Source: a virus | Taxonomy: Duplodnaviria > Caudoviricetes | DNA: 28,568 nucleotides | Reading direction: 5' to 3' (one strand) | IMG/VR virus record: IMGVR_UViG_3300048886_000068 | Span: 1-28,568 of that record | Shown here: in pieces, positions 27,085 through 28,568 of the stretch | Layout: every line of letters begins with the position of its first letter | How positions within the stretch are numbered: the first letter of the stretch is position 1 | Program-made: the position numbers and the translations under genes | Notes under the pieces: generated by a model | What the model saw: only the letters and a program-made list of their open reading frames with translations | Told to the model about the DNA's origin: nothing | The model's database searches: none

Positions 27085-27252
27085 ATGACTAGAGCAAGAG
27101 ATTTAGCAGATAGCGGAGCAGTAATAAATCATTTAGATGATATTACTTCTGATGTTCAAACTCAGATAGATGCGGCAGAGGCCGCTGCTGCCGCCGCTCA
27201 AGCTGCTGTTAATGATACGGCTGTAGCGATGGCTATAGCATTAGGAGGCTAA
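27085..27252 (+). CDS. 55-aa small fiber-associated protein (not in the ORF track)
   Basis: MTRARDLADSGAVINHLDDITSDVQTQIDAAEAAAAAAQAAVNDTAVAMAIALGG; GGAG RBS upstream; fills the gap between neighbours with 1-nt spacing on each side. Confidence 0.85.
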   Translation: MTRARDLADSGAVINHLDDITSDVQTQIDAAEAAAAAAQAAVNDTAVAMAIALGG

Positions 27253-27253
27253 T

Positions 27254-27577
27254 ATGGCTAATGCATTCAAAAATAAAGGGCTTAGTCTTACTGCTACCGC
27301 GCAAACAATGTATACAGCTCCCGTAGCGACTCAATCGGTGGTAAATGCATTATTTTTAACTAACATAACTGAAGCTTATGAGGGTCTTGTAACTATTATT
27401 GTTAATGATACCTCTGCAAGTACAGACTATAAGATTCTTTATAGAGCGCCTGTCCCACCCGGCAGCACATTAACATTTGATAAACCGATAAATCTAGAAG
27501 CGGGGGATAGTCTAAAAGCTTTAGCTTCAAGCACTAATCTTATGACCGCATTCTTAAGCGTATTGGAGGTAACCTAA
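27254..27577 (+). CDS. Small beta-sandwich virion protein (MANxFK type)
   Basis: AGGAGG RBS; MANAFKN...MYTAP...VPPGSTL...INLEAGDSLKA...SVLEVT. Confidence 0.7.
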   Translation: MANAFKNKGLSLTATAQTMYTAPVATQSVVNALFLTNITEAYEGLVTIIVNDTSASTDYKILYRAPVPPGSTLTFDKPINLEAGDSLKALASSTNLMTAFLSVLEVT

Positions 27578-27819
27578 TGGCTTATATAGGAGCTCAACCC
27601 GGCGATACACCATCACACAGTCATGAGGCTTTCTATGGCTTTAAATTGGATAAAAGTAATGGCGGTCTAACTGTAGATATCATAGATGACGCCACAGTGA
27701 ATTTACCTGACAGTGCCTACATTCAAGATGGCAGTGATTACAAGGACTACTTCTGGTCACAAAATAAATTAGTATACCAATGGGGTACAAACGGACATTT
27801 AGAGGTTGTATACGAATGA
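27577..27819 (+). CDS. Small virion-associated protein (MAYIG type)
   Basis: TAATG-coupled, GGAGG RBS; MAYIGAQP...FYGFK...NGHLEVVYE. Confidence 0.7.
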   Translation: MAYIGAQPGDTPSHSHEAFYGFKLDKSNGGLTVDIIDDATVNLPDSAYIQDGSDYKDYFWSQNKLVYQWGTNGHLEVVYE

Positions 27820-27829
27820 TTACCAACCT

Positions 27830-27928
27830 AAAAATAATTTTTTTACTTTAGAATCACAACTGAAGAGGTAAGGAAAAAAAATTCTTGACATAAAATGTCA
27901 GGGTTGCTATAATAATAGCATGGAGAAT
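27830..27928 (+). repeat. 99-bp intergenic direct repeat, copy 2
   Basis: Matches 22451-22549 at an offset of 5379 bp. Confidence 0.95.
27885..27913 (+). promoter_or_regulatory. Consensus sigma70-type promoter within repeat copy 2
   Basis: TTGACA (27885-27890), 17-nt spacer, TATAAT (27908-27913). Confidence 0.9.
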
Positions 27929-27936
27929 CAAGACAA

Positions 27937-28568
27937 ATGAGTACAACTATTGATCTAGGAAAACTACGATTTAATTGGGTTGGGGAGTGGGCTTCAAATG
28001 TCCAGTACGAGTCCAATGATTTAGTGCGTTACGGTGGTGACGTGTTCGTTTATATTTATGGGTTGAAAACAAGCGGTAATTTAACTACAAACACAACCTA
28101 CTGGGCATTAGTTCAAGAAGGATTATCGTGGAAAGGTGAGTACGCCGCAGCAACTGCATATAAGATTCATGAAGTAGTACACCATGCTAATAACGCATAT
28201 GTATGTATTCTTAGTGAACCAGCTGCGGGTAATGCACCTCCAGAAGCTACCTACTGGCAGCTACTCGCTACAGGTGTTAAATTTGAAGGCGCGTACGACA
28301 ATTCAACGGAATATCAGGTAGATGATCTCGTCTATTATGGTGCCAATACTTACATCTCTGTTAAAAATTCATCTGGAGGCAATCTTCCTACAGACGCAAC
28401 GTATTGGAATACATTCTCACATGGTATTCAATGGGAAGGAGTTTATAATAATTCCTCCTCTTATCAGAAAGATGATGTAGTCACTTATGGTGCTAATGTA
28501 TATATTTCAAAAATGGACAACGTGGGTCAATTACCCACAGACACAGCTAAATGGGATGTGCTCACAAG
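27937..28568 (+). CDS. 5' part of a fiber protein with tandem ~50-aa aromatic (CBM5/12-like) repeats; truncated by the window edge and not in the ORF track
   Basis: MSTTIDLGKLRFNWVGEWASNVQYESNDLVRYGG...; four units of (W/F)xGx(W/Y)...Y...D.V.(Y/H)...Y.......P....YW; no stop before 28568. Confidence 0.85.
   Translation, partial: MSTTIDLGKLRFNWVGEWASNVQYESNDLVRYGGDVFVYIYGLKTSGNLTTNTTYWALVQEGLSWKGEYAAATAYKIHEVVHHANNAYVCILSEPAAGNAPPEATYWQLLATGVKFEGAYDNSTEYQVDDLVYYGANTYISVKNSSGGNLPTDATYWNTFSHGIQWEGVYNNSSSYQKDDVVTYGANVYISKMDNVGQLPTDTAKWDVLT

Noticed and set aside
22451-27928. Diversity-generating retroelement suggested by Mtd_N-like domains and a ~100-bp repeat pair
   Set aside because: Both copies are intergenic promoters, mismatches are not adenine-specific (e.g. 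C/G, C/T), and no reverse transcriptase is in the window.
1-28568. Stop-codon reassignment or intron/intein interruption
   Set aside because: Genes tile the window densely in the standard code, with TAA, TAG and TGA all used as stops, and no intein or homing endonuclease motifs were recognised.

Overview
The whole window is one co-directional (+ strand) virion morphogenesis region of a tailed dsDNA phage (long non-contractile tail). The left part follows the T5-like order: HK97-fold major capsid protein (reading frame open to the window edge), head-tail connector, tail-completion and tail-terminator proteins, pb6-like tail tube protein, a G/GT tail assembly chaperone pair joined by a -1 frameshift, and a tape measure protein. 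The tail tip is lambda-like (M, L, K, then a single 3148-aa ORF fusing I, J, repeat arrays, a fiber and a C-terminal S74 chaperone), followed by a putative adhesin. From 22.45 kb a set of small to medium fiber-type genes lies between two near-identical 99-bp promoter-containing direct repeats. These genes show recurring C-terminal peptide / N-terminal domain pairings that suggest a modular, possibly branched fiber built from many gene products. A further repeat-rich fiber gene runs off the right edge. No RNA genes, CRISPR arrays or recombinases were seen. All family assignments come from motif recognition and synteny, not database searches.
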